A stretch of DNA of 64,000 nucleotides from Nymphaea colorata (taxonomy: Eukaryota). Under the pieces are notes generated by a model that made no database searches, was not told the DNA's origin, and saw only the letters and a list, made by a program, of their open reading frames with translations. Location of the stretch: positions 28,148,001 through 28,212,000 of the forward strand of contig NC_045138.2 in assembly GCF_008831285.2 (NCBI RefSeq). Direction: 5' to 3'. Shown here one piece after another: positions 1 to 13,523 of the stretch. The position numbers were made by a program, and so were the translations under genes. Every line of letters starts with the position of its first letter. Position 1 is the stretch's first letter.

Positions 1-148
1 TATATATATATATGTATATATATATACATGTATCTATATATACATATACATATATATATATTTACATATACACTCTGCATACCCAAATTTTCTAAGATCG
101 CCATATTCGTACCCATACCCGTATCGTACCCGTACTCATGTGACTTAG
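1..148. mobile_element. End of a hAT-type MITE (GTACCC/GGGTAC subterminal-repeat family) with a TA-rich interior
   Basis: Ends ...CGTACCCATACCCGTATCGTACCCGTACTCATGTGACTTAG, matching the right end of the element at 28804-29158 (...CGTACCCATGTGACATAG). Truncated by the window start. Confidence 0.7.
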
Positions 149-1009
149 TTTTTGTTTAATTCTTTGTTGTCTGAGATCAACTTCAAAAGAATAGTAAAGG
201 AATACATGCTCAAAACTTCCTCATTCGGGGAGCATGCACCTATGTGCCTGCTTGAATATAATTTGCACATGAAATTGGCAGGGCCATAGATGTTAAATAC
301 AGCTGCTTATCTCCTGGAATCTACTTGTCTTAACAAGAGCATCATTTCCTGGTCCATCAGATATCATAATGAACGCCATCTGTGGTGTTAACTTGGATTT
401 TCTACTTGGAAAAGAGAAAACTTGTGGGGATTAGTAACCAAGACCAAGGCGGTCTTTGTGGGATAGGCAAGCTGGGGCTAGTTAGATCCATACCAGATTA
501 TGCTGACAGATGCGCACCTCAGGTGTTAAATTCTTGACCTTATTCGATTAAAGGACCTAGACATAGCTTTTCCTTATGGAGGAAAGGAAGACTTAGGCAG
601 ATGGTTTAAGTAACAACTTTGAGTTCATTTCCGAAATGGTTGTTGACTGCTTCTTGCGTTCACGATTTGGATTAGTACTCATCAAGTTGGTGAACTTTCC
701 ATCCTTAACTAAATCCGTGCACTAATGGGAGAGACTGGGAAATTCCTCACAGTGTGATACTTGAATTCTGCTGGAGTTTTGTTCATCTCATTGTTGTGGT
801 GTTCAAATTGTTCCTGTAACAAATCCTGGTCATGCATTGTAGTTGCAAATCTTACTGAAGGTAGCACGCTTACTTTTTATTGGCTTTGGATGTCTTAATA
901 ATGCACGGTACCTTTTTCCCATAGTCTTTATAATGGGAAAAATTTCTTGTCACAATGGATCCAATAATGCTATAAACTGAACCATGATCACTTTTTAATT
1001 TTAATGCAG

Positions 1010-4000
1010 GCATTATGTTTATCTGGGGTAGCTGTTGCAAGACATGTAAATGGAGTAAAAGAAAGCAGAGCTGACATGATAATATCAGTGAGTGTTTACT
1101 TACAAGCTTAGTTTGTCTAAATGTTCTGTAAGCATATGTGCTTTTGGCTGTACTGGACATCCTTAACATGAGTAATCCATAAAACGGCAAAATGGCTGAT
1201 TTGAACTAAGAAAAATGTTTAGCACCTACAGTATTGCTTAGGGTTTGCAACTTCCATAAGGAATATGCAATGTTCAAAGCTTTTAAAAATGTTAGACATG
1301 GCAGTTAACAACATTCACATCAATTCTGCCCATTGTTTTATGCTTTTAAAAATCCATTTTACCAGTATTTGGAAGTGATCTTGAATGGAGACAAACTCAC
1401 AAAAGTACAGAGGAAAATGGTTGAAAATGGTCATCTCCACCTCTACTTCCATCTACCTTTATGTATCCTAATGCCATGCTCCCTGACAGCTAGTGAAATA
1501 ATGTGGTTGAAATACTTATTACTTTCATCTTTCTTACTAAGATCTTGCATCTCTCTATACTTACTAGTTACCATTACACGTCAGTTTTATTATTGGTATT
1601 CTGTTGTTTTATGTCTTTTAGGTTCTTCTGAAGCAAGTGGGTTTGAAACTTCAAGATAATGTAAGTCTGTAGATACTTATTACTGTTTTCTTTGTTTGGG
1701 TCATAATGTCATTGATTTTTTTTTTTTCCTTTGTACTTGTACTAATACTTGTATGTGCCTTGCTTTTAATTTTTTCTTATTCCCTAGCTGAAAGTAAATT
1801 TTGGCTGATTTGTTTATTCATGTTAAAATTATGATTACTATCATTCTGATATTGATGGAATGCTGATTTTTTTTTTTATGAAGGGATCATATCTTCTTCC
1901 ATGACTTTAATGAAAAGATAAGCTTAATTGCTGATCCCCATAAGGTACAGGCCATCTAATAGAAAGATAAACTCTTAGGAGTAAATTTGATCGGGTTAAG
2001 GGCATTGACAGATTTACTGGAAGTTTTGGAAAGTCAACAGGCAGTCATGGACCATGGTACTGTTAAAATTAGAAACAGCAAGCTACTTGAAATTCAATGT
2101 TTCTGCGCTACTCCTTTTCCTTGCTTTATGTGCTAATCTGATTATTCAAGAAGATAAACTATGTTGACAGCTCCTTGTGAGACATGTCTTCTGACAGTAA
2201 TAGCCTGCAGATATGACTTCCATGGGTTTTCTAGGAGCAAACTTCTTTGAGGCCTGAAACTTGTGGTACAATCAGCTTTACCTCGTTAAAGCTTGTCTAA
2301 TGGCTTGTTTGAATACCGTTAACGTGACGCTCTAATGAAGCTTGCTTTTACCTCTCCTTGACCATATCTTGACTTTCAGGCTAGACCATTGGATCCACAG
2401 ATCCTAACCAGTTTTGGAAACTTATTATGTCTTTGAAGTCAAAACTCCACTAGTAGATGGAACTGTCTTTCAAGTCAGAACTCCACTAGTAGATGGAACT
2501 CATTAATTGAAAGTTGATTTGGGTGTCCACAAAAGGTCATCATTAGACAACCCTTTGGAGCTTTTCTGTGCGGGTGGAAGGACTCTTCTAGGTTATTTGG
2601 TTCAGATTCTCAGAATAGTTATAAAAGCTCTGGGACCAAACTGGCATAAAATGTTTTTAATTATGTTCTAACTCTTTCTATCAATTAATTTGTGCATTCT
2701 CTTTAAAGAAATTTGATTATTCATGCCATGATAAATATGTGCTAACTACGTGAAATTTCTTCTCATAGGCCATTTTTTTGAATGTTGTTAGCGGTATGAA
2801 GTTGACAGAGACAGCTGGGGATCTTGCAATTGCAGCTGCTATTTGCAGTAGGTATGTATTTCTTGATAATCTTGTTACGAGCAAAACTCTTGTTACTCTT
2901 TCCATGGTTGTGTTCTGATCGAATGATTATTTTCTCATACTGTTTTCTGGAAATGTACTGATAGCTTTTTGGAGTTTCCAATACCTAAGAATGTAGCTTT
3001 TATCGGAGAAGTTGGTCTTGGTGGCGAGCTTCGAACGGTATGTGTTTAGAAAATTGTGTGCATTATAATTTGCATCCTCTTTCCTTTTTGTCATTTAAAT
3101 GACGCTGAAAAGTGGTTTTCATTTTAACATACATAACATGTCACCCTTAAAAACATTATTAAGAATATTTCAAGCTTAGTTTAAGATTATGATTGAGAAT
3201 GTTGAATGCATGTCACATGATCGTTGGCACTGTGTTGACATGTACTGTGCGAACAGCAACCTCCTCCATCTGTTCTCTAGAAAGGTTTTACGATCAAAGT
3301 TTTTGGGTATCCACTATTCTGTATCGATCTGTTCTTTTTGGATGATATCATCTGACAATCACTATATGAATACCTTGGTAACATCGATGAACTTGGCCAA
3401 GGGAATCTGTTCATAGTAAAGAGATTTCTAACGTATGGTTACCATGCCAATCCTAACCTGTTTGCCCTTCTTTTTGCGCTTAAGATATGAAGTGCATTCC
3501 TCTCTTAACAGTTAACATTGAACACATGTCCACGGTCCTTAGCCTTCTGATTGGTTCCAGCTATCTTTTGATGTTTGGCATCATTACTTAGCAGATTGCA
3601 TGCATTACTTCAACGTTGAAAATATGAATGTATCTCATTTATATCTAATGCTGATTTTTTGTAAAATCTTTCAAGTGTTTGAGCTGTTTGTCCATTTATT
3701 GCCTTCTCTAGTTCTTTTGTTTTTTGAGAAATTAACGTGAATTTTATGTTAGCAATCGACTAGATCTCTTGCTTGTATTTGCTTCAGCTTTCTGACGTCT
3801 GCATTTAGATTTAACCTCTCATACTTGTAGTGCACGGCTAAGTGTGCTGTGCTTGGATGATGTCATATTTTAAGCTGTCAGCCAAATATTCATGCTACTT
3901 GATAATGCAAGGACAATTTGGATATTTCAGGTTGCAAGAATGGATAAGAGGCTTAACGAACTTATTAAGTTGGGGTTTAAGAAGTGCGTTATTCCAAAGG

Positions 4001-4101
4001 TGGCAGAGAAGTCGTTCAAGGCCATTGACACAAGCGGGATAACCATAGTGACTTGCAGCAACCTGAAAGAGGTTCTGAACAAAGTATTTCGGACAGATTA
4101 A
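1010..4101 (+). CDS. RADA: DNA repair protein RadA/Sms-like (plant organellar RADA), 3' portion; 5' exons lie upstream of the window
   Basis: GT-AG exons 1010-1087, 1622-1660, 2769-2851, 2965-3037, 3931-4101 splice in frame: ALCLSGVAVARHVNGVKESRADMIIS/VLLKQVGLKLQDN/AIFLNVVSGMKLTETAGDLAIAAAICSS/FLEFPIPKNVAFIGEVGLGGELRT/VARMDKRLNELIKLGFKKCVIPK...RTD*. This is the Lon-protease-like C-terminal domain of RadA/Sms (DLAIA, FIGEVGLGGELR motifs). Confidence 0.93.
2429..2500 (+). repeat. 36-bp tandem duplication (2 copies) in a RADA intron
   Basis: GTCTTT(G/C)AAGTCA(A/G)AACTCCACTAGTAGATGGAACT x2. Confidence 0.9.
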
Positions 4102-4908
4102 GTCCTCCTTTCACAACTTTCCTCGATGTTATGGGTTGGGGTTTAAGAAGTGCGTTATTTTGGTGTACTGTTGTACATAACAACTAAGGTAAATGGGCCG
4201 ATGTTATTAAGGGCTTTTGCTTTATTTTGGTGCGACTTTGTTCATAAAATCTATGGATACAAATGGATCGGATGTTATGGAGGAGCCTTACCATTTACCA
4301 TTTATTAAATGAATTCAACCATTGTTACTGTACCTGGCCGATCCATATCCAACCCGGTTTCTTCCGTACACTGTACCATATTAAGTGATTAATTGGAGTT
4401 ACCATCCTGCACTCAATAGCTTTTTCTGAATGAACGGACTACTTACTTAGCACCTGCACGACAGAGTTTGCTTCCCCTTGATCGTAACTTTTTTTTTTAA
4501 CATTCTGCAGAATATGAGAAACTGCCAAATATCTTTTATTTTGAGTCGCCACGAGAGACGCAATCACCAATATCTGAAATGGATTAAAGTGCAATCAGCG
4601 GGCAAACGAAAACTGGGGCTCCTAGTTTCCTTGCAGATGATTGGCTCACGATCTTTGTAATGGTAATCATAAGAGTGCAACTTCGTTACGTTTCCTCGAA
4701 GGTTAGCTGGTACTTCAAGTTAAAACGTGCGTGGATTCCTACGATTTGCAAAGGAGTTTTCACAATGCAAGAAACTTTAATGAAATTATTTTATAAAAAA
4801 ACTCTCAATTAACATAATTGACAACTCGCGGGAGCATTACCCTGTCTTCATTGAAGTAACAGGAGCAAGACACGGGTTCACAAAACTATCGAAATCTCTT
4901 GATCCGAA

Positions 4909-7900
4909 TTATGACGTCGCCGAGCAATTGCCGTCCTCACTCAAGGCCTTCCCGTCCGCCAAGAACATTTGTAGATCTAGAATGCTCGACTGTCGCTTAC
5001 TCTTGGCTTCTTCAATGTCCTCTGGGCTGAGGAAGCTAGGTTGATTCGTAGAGGAAAGCAACCTCGCCCACATACGGTCAGTTATACAGACTTTATTCTG
5101 CTTCTCGGTCACACGCTGCAAGATCAGGACAGTGAAAGCCAGAAATCAGCCTCGAATCAATTTCAAACCGAAAAGGAAATTTCACACATAAAACAATCGT
5201 GGTGTTTTTTAGTCACGGAGGAACTTACATAGATAGGTATATAAGCATGCCTGCCGTTAACAGGACCGACAGTGAAGCCCGAGTATCCAGCCATGGCGCC
5301 ATGGACAGCACTATGAGCGAGAAGCGTGCAGTAGACGTTGTCTGAAGCATTGCTAGGAATGGCACGAATCATGTACGTGGGATCTGCAGAGAAATGCCAT
5401 CGTTCAAATTTAGTCATCTTCTAGATCAATCTTTTGGTTGCATCCAAAGTTGCTTTACTCACATACCTATGTACTTGAGGTTCATTACAATCTTTCTCTT
5501 GGCAAAGTGGTCCTGCAATTCAAAGGAAGACGAGTTTATATCGACCTCAAAGACTATTCAACATTGTCACTTACAAGCACTCTGCGTAGGCCTTATCCTC
5601 CAGTTGTAATACCTTGATCTTGTGAGAAAGCCACAGCCCAACGTCAAGAAGGACCTTGTTTCCTGAAGCATCCTTGTGTTCCATGTCGCGCAAGTGCTCC
5701 TCGATAAGATTCTGCCCAGCACCTTCTGCTATAACAATAACCATATGACCATTCTCTCTGAGTCTGTGCTCCATGAATTCGAAGAGTCCTCCCGGCCCCT
5801 CCAAATAGAAGGGAGATTCAGGAATCAGGCAACAGTCCTACCAATCGCAAGAGGAGTTTGTCAACAACCAGGCAACATTCGACTGGCGCATAAGACACAA
5901 GACTTATTAGGTTAGGAATTTTAAAGCATACCACGTCTCTGCTAGCCAACGTAGCGTACATAGCAATAAATCCTGCAGCATCAAATGCATGACGGAATTA
6001 ATAATCAGATAGAGAAAATTCATTTCACGAATTGAACCCACTTCAAAAGAGGGGTTGCATTCTTAAGGAGAGAATCCAGACGTCTCAAAGAAGGCTCCAA
6101 CTTCCTATTCGGCAGCAACAAAACAACTTGATCTTAGAAAGACTGCACCAAAAGCCCAGTGGAGTTGTGGCCGTGCCTTTTTTAGAAATCCTCTTGCAAA
6201 AGATTCAGCATTCACAATCTTTAAAGTGAGGTGAATTATGAACCTCTTAGAGTTCAAGTTGTATGAAATACAGCACACTTCAATTCAAAGAAAACCTTAA
6301 CATGAATAAACCAACAGCATACCACTGTCGCGACCCATCAGCTTGACAAGGCCCACACCATTTTCACCACTTTCAGCTTCGACATGCGCTGCATTAATAG
6401 CCCTTTGAGCCTCTTCAACTGCAGTATCGAAACCAAATGATTTGTCGATAACCTGAAACAAAGGACACACAAGAGCCATTTAGCATAAGGAACTACTTGG
6501 CTGATATCTCCAATGGAATAAAGAGTGCTTCAATGCCAAGTTGCAAGCACATTACCGCAATGTCATTATCAATAGTCTTTGGAATTCCGACAACTGAAAC
6601 TTTAAGACCACGGCTTTCAATCTCCTGCAGGGAACAAAGTCCAGAAGTTTAACATTCATGTAACCATAACACGGTGCAATAAACTACGGTGACTCCATGA
6701 CCAAGCAACATGAAAAGATAAGCACAACGACAAGAGGTTTTAATCCAAACGATGAATTTAGGTTAGAAAGGAAAAATACCTGCAGGTATCATGACAACTG
6801 CCCCTATTCTACTTGTCGTAACTTAGTAGTTATAGTTTATACGTGGCACGAGGTTTCGTAGTATATTTTTTCTTTTCATATGCCAATAACTGAAAATACT
6901 GCGGTTTTCTTAGACTACCTTTTAAACGGAAAAATATGCATTCATATAGCACAATCACCAAGACACCTACTGCACTCTTCAAAAACAAGGGCGAATAGGT
7001 GGCAGCAAATTTCTTAAAAATTTTCTCCACATGCAAATGGGAAGATTAGTTGGTGACATGAAACCAACGTCTCGCATTTGCAAGAGATACTAATCAAACG
7101 TTCAACATAGGCAGGAAGAAGCGACACGTTTAACGTTTTGGTGCCGCTGATCTAAGAAGGCCGGGTTACTCATAGTGCATCAAGACATTACCGCGTATAT
7201 AGATGAAGCTCCTTTCTGGGTACCATCTCCTCCAATTATATACACCTGAGACCAACAAAAGATAAATTACATGCTGTCACACGTCATTTGGCAGAACAAG
7301 AAGCCAAACGCTAGAAAGAGCTTCATTCTTCTTTCAAGTACCTGATTAATACCACGGTCCTGAATGCTGTCGACTATTTTCATGGTGTCTTGCCCACCTC
7401 GTGATGTGCCAAGAATGGTCCCACCGCGCTTGTGTATATCATTTACTACTTTGGGTGTCAAGGGAATGGTGTTGCGAGCGTAGAAGCCTTTGTATCCTCC
7501 CTAACGATTTTGAACGAGGAGAAAATTAAGACACATCAGAGTTTTTATAATGTATAGAAAGCGAAAGTAAATAAATTTGATTCTTCATGTGGTTTACCTC
7601 AATTCCAAGAACTTTGGTAACTCCATACATGTGGTAAAGGCCACAGACTATTTCCCTTATCACTGTATTCAGACCTGGGCAGAGGCCACCGCATGTGACA
7701 ATACATGCGCTTACTTCATCGGGCTCGAAAAAGACCTGCATTGTCAGCGACGCTCATCAGAAACCACAGAGATATCACCTTCCCGAACGTTAGCCCATGA
7801 ATACAAGAAAACAGCGCACCCTTTCACGAGGGCCTGCTCGTCGGAAATGCGTGCCCCTGAGACCACCCTTGCGAACCACAATCTGTAATTGGAAAACATT

Positions 7901-9201
7901 ATTAGTCGTCAATTTTCAGACAAATGTTGAGTGAAAAAGAAAAAAGAAAAGAAAAGACGATTGGTGCTAATAAAGGTTGATATCAGGCACTGACCCTTTG
8001 AGCAACGGTATCATCAGGGTTGACAAAATATTGCCTGCAAAAAAATCGATAAAGAACAATTTAGAAGGGCCTGGGAGCATATTTCACAATCCAAATGAAT
8101 ATGAAATTAGTGTATAAAAGATGTGGAGGCAAATTATTGAAGCCATCTTACTTGACAACTGAATATGATGGATTGAACTGCAAAGGATTCGTATAAGTCT
8201 GCCAAAACGCAAAAAAAAACAGAAATATGAGAGTGATTATACTTTTTTTTTTTTAGCATAACCAACAAAACAGCGAGACAGATATAACGGTAAACGCAAC
8301 AAGGCAGAAATTAAGCCAGCTGCGGGTTTACTTAGTGCGAAAGATCCTACCAAGAAAAAGGTAAAACAAACAGCTACAGCTAGATTAATGCAAATGAAAT
8401 CATTGAACGAAAGAAACCATAGTTCCCAAAATAGCCAGAAGTTTCGGAAATATTTGCAAAAAACCGGAGGAAACGCCAAATATCTGGAATTCATACATAA
8501 AATTCAATAGCTGCCTCAAATTAGGAAGAAATGCAAGCAGAATATGAAGAGAAGCGACAAACCATCAACTGTTTAATTGAGAAGACAGGAAACTTATGGA
8601 GAACTCCAACAAATAGTTCGAGAAAGAGAAGGCGAAAAATCTGGCGGGGGCGCGCGAGAGAGACAGAGACAGAGACAGAGAGAGAGAGAGTGAAGAGGAA
8701 ATCTAGAAAGGGCAAAACGCCGAAATCCCAGAGAAATCTCCCAAAAAATGTTTATGCACGAAAAGAAAACCTTCTCAAGATCATTATTAACGATGATCCG
8801 AGGACATCACGGTGAAAAAAGCAAAGGCAAACAAAATGTAGAAAGGAAGAAGAGAAACCCAAAGACGAACGCGAAGAAGAATAATAAAACACAAGAAGAT
8901 CAACGCCGTCGAAGCAGAAGATCAAAAGACAAAAACTCTTAAGGAGACTGACCGTGAGATCCGGGATGTAGTCGGTGAGATGAGGGACGTCCTCGAGGAC
9001 AAACCCGCCGTCCCCGATGGTCACCTTCGACTTCGATCGGGCCAAGCGGATGGGATCCGATTCCGCGTTCTTCGTCCTCAACTCGGACTCCGAGCCGACC
9101 TTCACGATAAACCCCCGATTCCCTTCCCTCATGCTGGCCAAGCTGCTATTCGCCTCTATGAGACTGAGCGTGTGAGACGACGATGACGAGAAGCTGTCCA
9201 T
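4909..9201 (-). CDS. PFK: ATP-dependent 6-phosphofructokinase (plant PFK group A, PFK3/6/7-like), ~540 aa, 14 exons
   Basis: Exons (high-low) 9201-8953, 8198-8152, 8034-7995, 7882-7820, 7735-7598, 7500-7342, 7245-7192, 6624-6556, 6452-6323, 5972-5932, 5837-5613, 5512-5467, 5383-5229, 5115-4909, all GT-AG and in frame. Motifs [29 protein letters not shown] (ATP-type), [34 protein letters not shown]. Confidence 0.97.
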
Positions 9202-12200
9202 TCCACCAACACTCCCAATAGCTCTCGCGGCACTAAAAGCAAAAACAGCGGTAGCAGTAATAACAGAAGAAGAAGAGCTGAAGAAGAGAGTAGAAGACGA
9301 CGACGATGATGCTGATGATCACGACGATGGGGAGAGAGAGACAGTGGGATGGCGTATTTAAAGTCCTCCGAGATGAGGAGGAAGAGAAGGAGGAGGGGGG
9401 CCCTTGTGGTCAGTTCTCCTCGTTCTTCTCTCTAGGGTTCCGTTTCCTCCTCTGGCTCTGAGAGGGACGTCCAAAACCAGCAGCGCTCCGTCATTCCGTC
9501 GGTTTCCGCCGTTTGCCACCGCGAGAGAGAGAGGGACAGGGAGTCAAACACAGGGGTGAGGAGGAGACGTGGTATTGGTGGCCTCCGGGTTTCATTTTCG
9601 CCTTCTTTTTTTCTCCAGGCGGGTGGGCGTGGGTAAGCGAAGGTTAAAACGGGAAAGGGAAAAAGAAGCCGGGGAAGGTTAAAATGGGAAAACCAAATGG
9701 AGGAGGCTGTGTTTATCGCGGCTTAGTGAACGGGCCCGGGACTGCTTGAAATTACTAATTGTGCCATCGTGGCATAGAGTGGCTCGTGAGTCACGTACTT
9801 AAACCGACTCTTCGATATCGTCTCAGAAAAATATTAAACCGGCTCCATGTGGTTCGTAAGTGAACCGGCCCAGCTGCCCCTGCCGCCCAACTCGGTTCAC
9901 GCGGACATAGCAAATTAACATTTTAAGTGGCAAACAAAGATACTTTGTCAGTATTCTTTAAATTTATTTTAAAGATTAAAGTATGTTAACCAGGTACTAC
10001 GATTATTGTTTTATAAATGTTCTTCAATTTTTGATGAAATATTTACAAAATGTTCATGCTACCAAACTACTCTTAACAATAGAGATAAAACAGTATAGTA
10101 TTCTACACGTGACACATATAATTGTTCATCATAACTAGCATTAGTATAGTAAACTCATGCTATAAGAAGTCATTTGACAATGAAGACATTTTGTAAGTGT
10201 CTTATGAATTTATCTAAAGATTGAAATACGTTCATCAAACACTAAAAGTATTGTTTCATGAACCTGTTCTTCAAAGGTGTTCGTGCTACCAAACTTCCCT
10301 TACAATTTGTTATTTTTTGAAAGCATCTGTCATACTTAGAAGGGAAACCTGCATCTGTCCATTCTAAAACTCAGTTCTCCTGTTGTAGATCTCATCGTCT
10401 ATTTCTCTACCTTTACTTCACCTATCATTCAATGCACATTTGTCATTTACTGGCTTTTACGCGCTGTATATTGATTAACATGATTCGTTTGCTGAAATTG
10501 TTCCACAATGTTGGCAAGTCACCTTCGAAGCATCTCCAATTTCTCCATCACTTTATACGAAGCCCATTACTTTTTACTCGCTTCCCTGGCTTGTTTTGTT
10601 TCCTTTACTCCTGGCCTCACATTGCTGCTCTCTATTTCATGCTTTGCGCTCATGCAATACTCTTTTAAAACGCACGCTTTTCAGCTTTCTTTTCACTTCT
10701 TTTTTAATTCATTTTTAGCCGTATACCTCTGTCTAAATTGGACTTTCCGCAGCTTCGAAAGTTGAACACAAATGTCAATCGCAGTCATATAATACAATAA
10801 GAAAGTTCTAAATCCGCGAGTTACATAATACAATATATAATAAAATTGAGCAAGACTTGTACCAATGCATGTGCATTGTTTTTGACAGAAAAGAGAGAAA
10901 GAAGGATTGAAATGGCTTCAAGGATGGCCTCGACGTATCTGCAAGTCACCGTCCCTGCGCACTTACAAGTCAAGTGTCCGTGGACTGAGGCTTCACTTTT
11001 TGGATATATATATATATAAAAGACCAGTCGGATTTTGGTGGGGAGTTATGCTGCAGAGAAGACAAGAATCCATTCAACACAACTCTAGGGCTCGTCGCCG
11101 CATGACGTTGAAGTTCTACCAACGTGGAAGCCCCTCGAATCTTCTGCGCTCTCCTCCCTTCTCTTCCTTTTTTCTTAATGAAGCCATTACTGAACTGGTT
11201 CAGGGAAAAGCGGAGCGATGACATGAGTGGCAGTCCTCGCAGAAACAACTTTTTTATATGAGAGCGTCCTGCGTTGATTCCGAGAAGGAAGAAGAGAGAA
11301 GAAGCCGAGCAGAAGAAAGGTTGGATACTTGTCGACGGCCAAAACTGTTTCACAGACGGCGTCAGAAGTAACGCTGTTTCACTTTTCACTGTGCTTTCGG
11401 GATGAGGGCACGAAGCTTTTTAACTTGTTCTTCATAAAATTCTGGAAGGTTTCGTGATTTTGAGCTGGTATTTTACTTTCGAGGGCGTTTGAATGACATC
11501 TGCAGGAACTCGTGGAATGAAATCTATGTTTTTTCGCCATTGAAGTGTCACCCAAATACTCCTGTAAAAAATCCACCCAAAAAAATATAGATGGAACGAA
11601 AGATCAGAACCAAACAAGGAACAAATGAAGAACACAGAACGTTCCGGACTCGTCCGAATAAAACGAGGAGGTCCCCTGCCTCCATCGATACAAACGCAGC
11701 CTTTATTCCCTTGAGATCTTTTCCCGGAATCGTGCGGTTCGAGCCAGTGGGGGGAAAGCGTCTCGCTGACCCCAGATGGCTCTTCCGTGGTTTCCCGCAA
11801 ATCTGGGGGCGATCGTACAGCAACGGGGAACCGGCGGCCCAGAAGACGAGGGGAGCACGAGGGGCGGTTGCTTTCCTCCACTGTCCAAATGGCAGCAATC
11901 TCACTGTCCGCACGCTAAATTACCATAAGGTCCTAGAACGCGAGTTCCGGATAACGTTCCCGGCACCGCGTCTTCCAGAATGATCAACGACCGCCAATGT
12001 TTTCTTGGAAGCTTCTCCCGCGCTTCGAAATTCTCCGAAATGCGGTAAGCATTCCCGTCAAACCCACACCTGGGGTTTTCAACGCTGGGATATTTTTAAA
12101 GAGGGGCATAATTGTCATCTGTTTCAAGCCGGGCGTTTGATATACTTAGAATAAAAAATATTCGTTTTTTTAATTAAAATAATTTAAAAAATAGAGTATT

Positions 12201-13315
12201 TTTTTTAAATTTAAAAACTAAAACATGAAATTTTGATCCGGATCTGATACTAAAAGAAAAAAAAAATGCTTTCACGCATTCTACATCTGTATTCATAGGT
12301 CAACTGGTTGGGATGATATTTTAGATTAATATGCGGCGGAATAGTATATGTGAAAGGATCACTTAATTTTTCAAAACGCTTGAAGTCAGATGATTTGAAA
12401 CTGGAATCAAAAGTTTCTAGAAATGAAAGAGAAAAAGAAGTTAATATGTTGTATGGGATAAAACGAAGACCGAACCGTCTATAAAATTATCTTGTCTATA
12501 ACTCTAGGCGATGGCTTTCTCCGTCCAGCGTTTGAGCATTAAGGGTAAAATCGTCCTTAGAGTTTTAGCTGTTTGACCAATAAAGTCATTTAATAGCAAT
12601 GCGGAGCGTGAACGAAGGGGAATACTGTGCAGGTTTGGAATATACGGTGTCTCGGCAGAATGCAGAAAATAAAAAATATCTTCCCCCTACAGTCGCAAAA
12701 AAATTTCTGACCAGAATGCCTTCCACAATTCCATGAAAGCCTTCCGCTTTACGCGAGTGCAGTGTCGTCATCGAACACCGTTTTCCAACACAAAATGTGA
12801 CGTCATTGTACATATCTATATATATTTTTAATCGGAACCCCAACTAATCCAATCTAAGAACTACGGCAGGGTAGGTTTCACTTGAGTTGGAATTTTATGT
12901 AAAAGACTATGTATCAGTGTGTTTTGAATTTCAATATTTTGAAAAAAATTAATCAAATTGAACAATGTAGAATTATAGATGTGGCTCTAGTTATATATAT
13001 ATTTTTTTAAGGTAAGTAGTTTATTTTATTTTTTTTATAAAAGGCCACTACCTCGCCGCTACCTCCACTGTGTATCATTTACCCCAAAGGTTCACAAAGT
13101 TTATTTCGTGACCTATTACAATTCAATATCAAGACGTGACAGTGACCACTCCAAAATTTAAACTCAAATCTTTTAAAAAAGGTGGACTAACTTACCTTGT
13201 TCCCCTAAGACTTCAAAACTTAAAAAGAGTATGTAGTTGAATACGCAATGGATCTCTCTATGTTGCATTCGTCTTCTGCTTCTTCTAAGCACATCAAAGC
13301 TTACCACCAAGGACT

Positions 13316-13523
13316 CACTACAACAGAATGTACAATATACCGACGGCCATGGTCGTCGGCAAAAATGTATTTTGGCAATAGGAAAAACTTGTGCCGAGGG
13401 TTATGAGCCATCCGTTGGGATGACGTGATATTACTACCGACGCTCACAACCATTGGGATGTTAAATTTTTTTCCCAACGGTTGGAATCGTTGGGAATAAC
13501 AATTTTCCCAACCGGTTGTAGTA
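13316..13523. mobile_element. Miniature non-autonomous CACTA (En/Spm) element
   Basis: Starts CACTACAAC, ends GTTGTAGTA (one mismatch to the inverted terminus). Interior has CCGACGG/GTCGTCGG/CCCAACGG/CGTTGGG subterminal repeats in both orientations. The 3-bp TSD is not preserved. Confidence 0.65.

Noticed and set aside
11488..11562. Segments resembling miR395 or its complement (TGAAGTGT..., ...GGAACTC)
   Set aside because: Matches are partial and I cannot fold a proper precursor hairpin.
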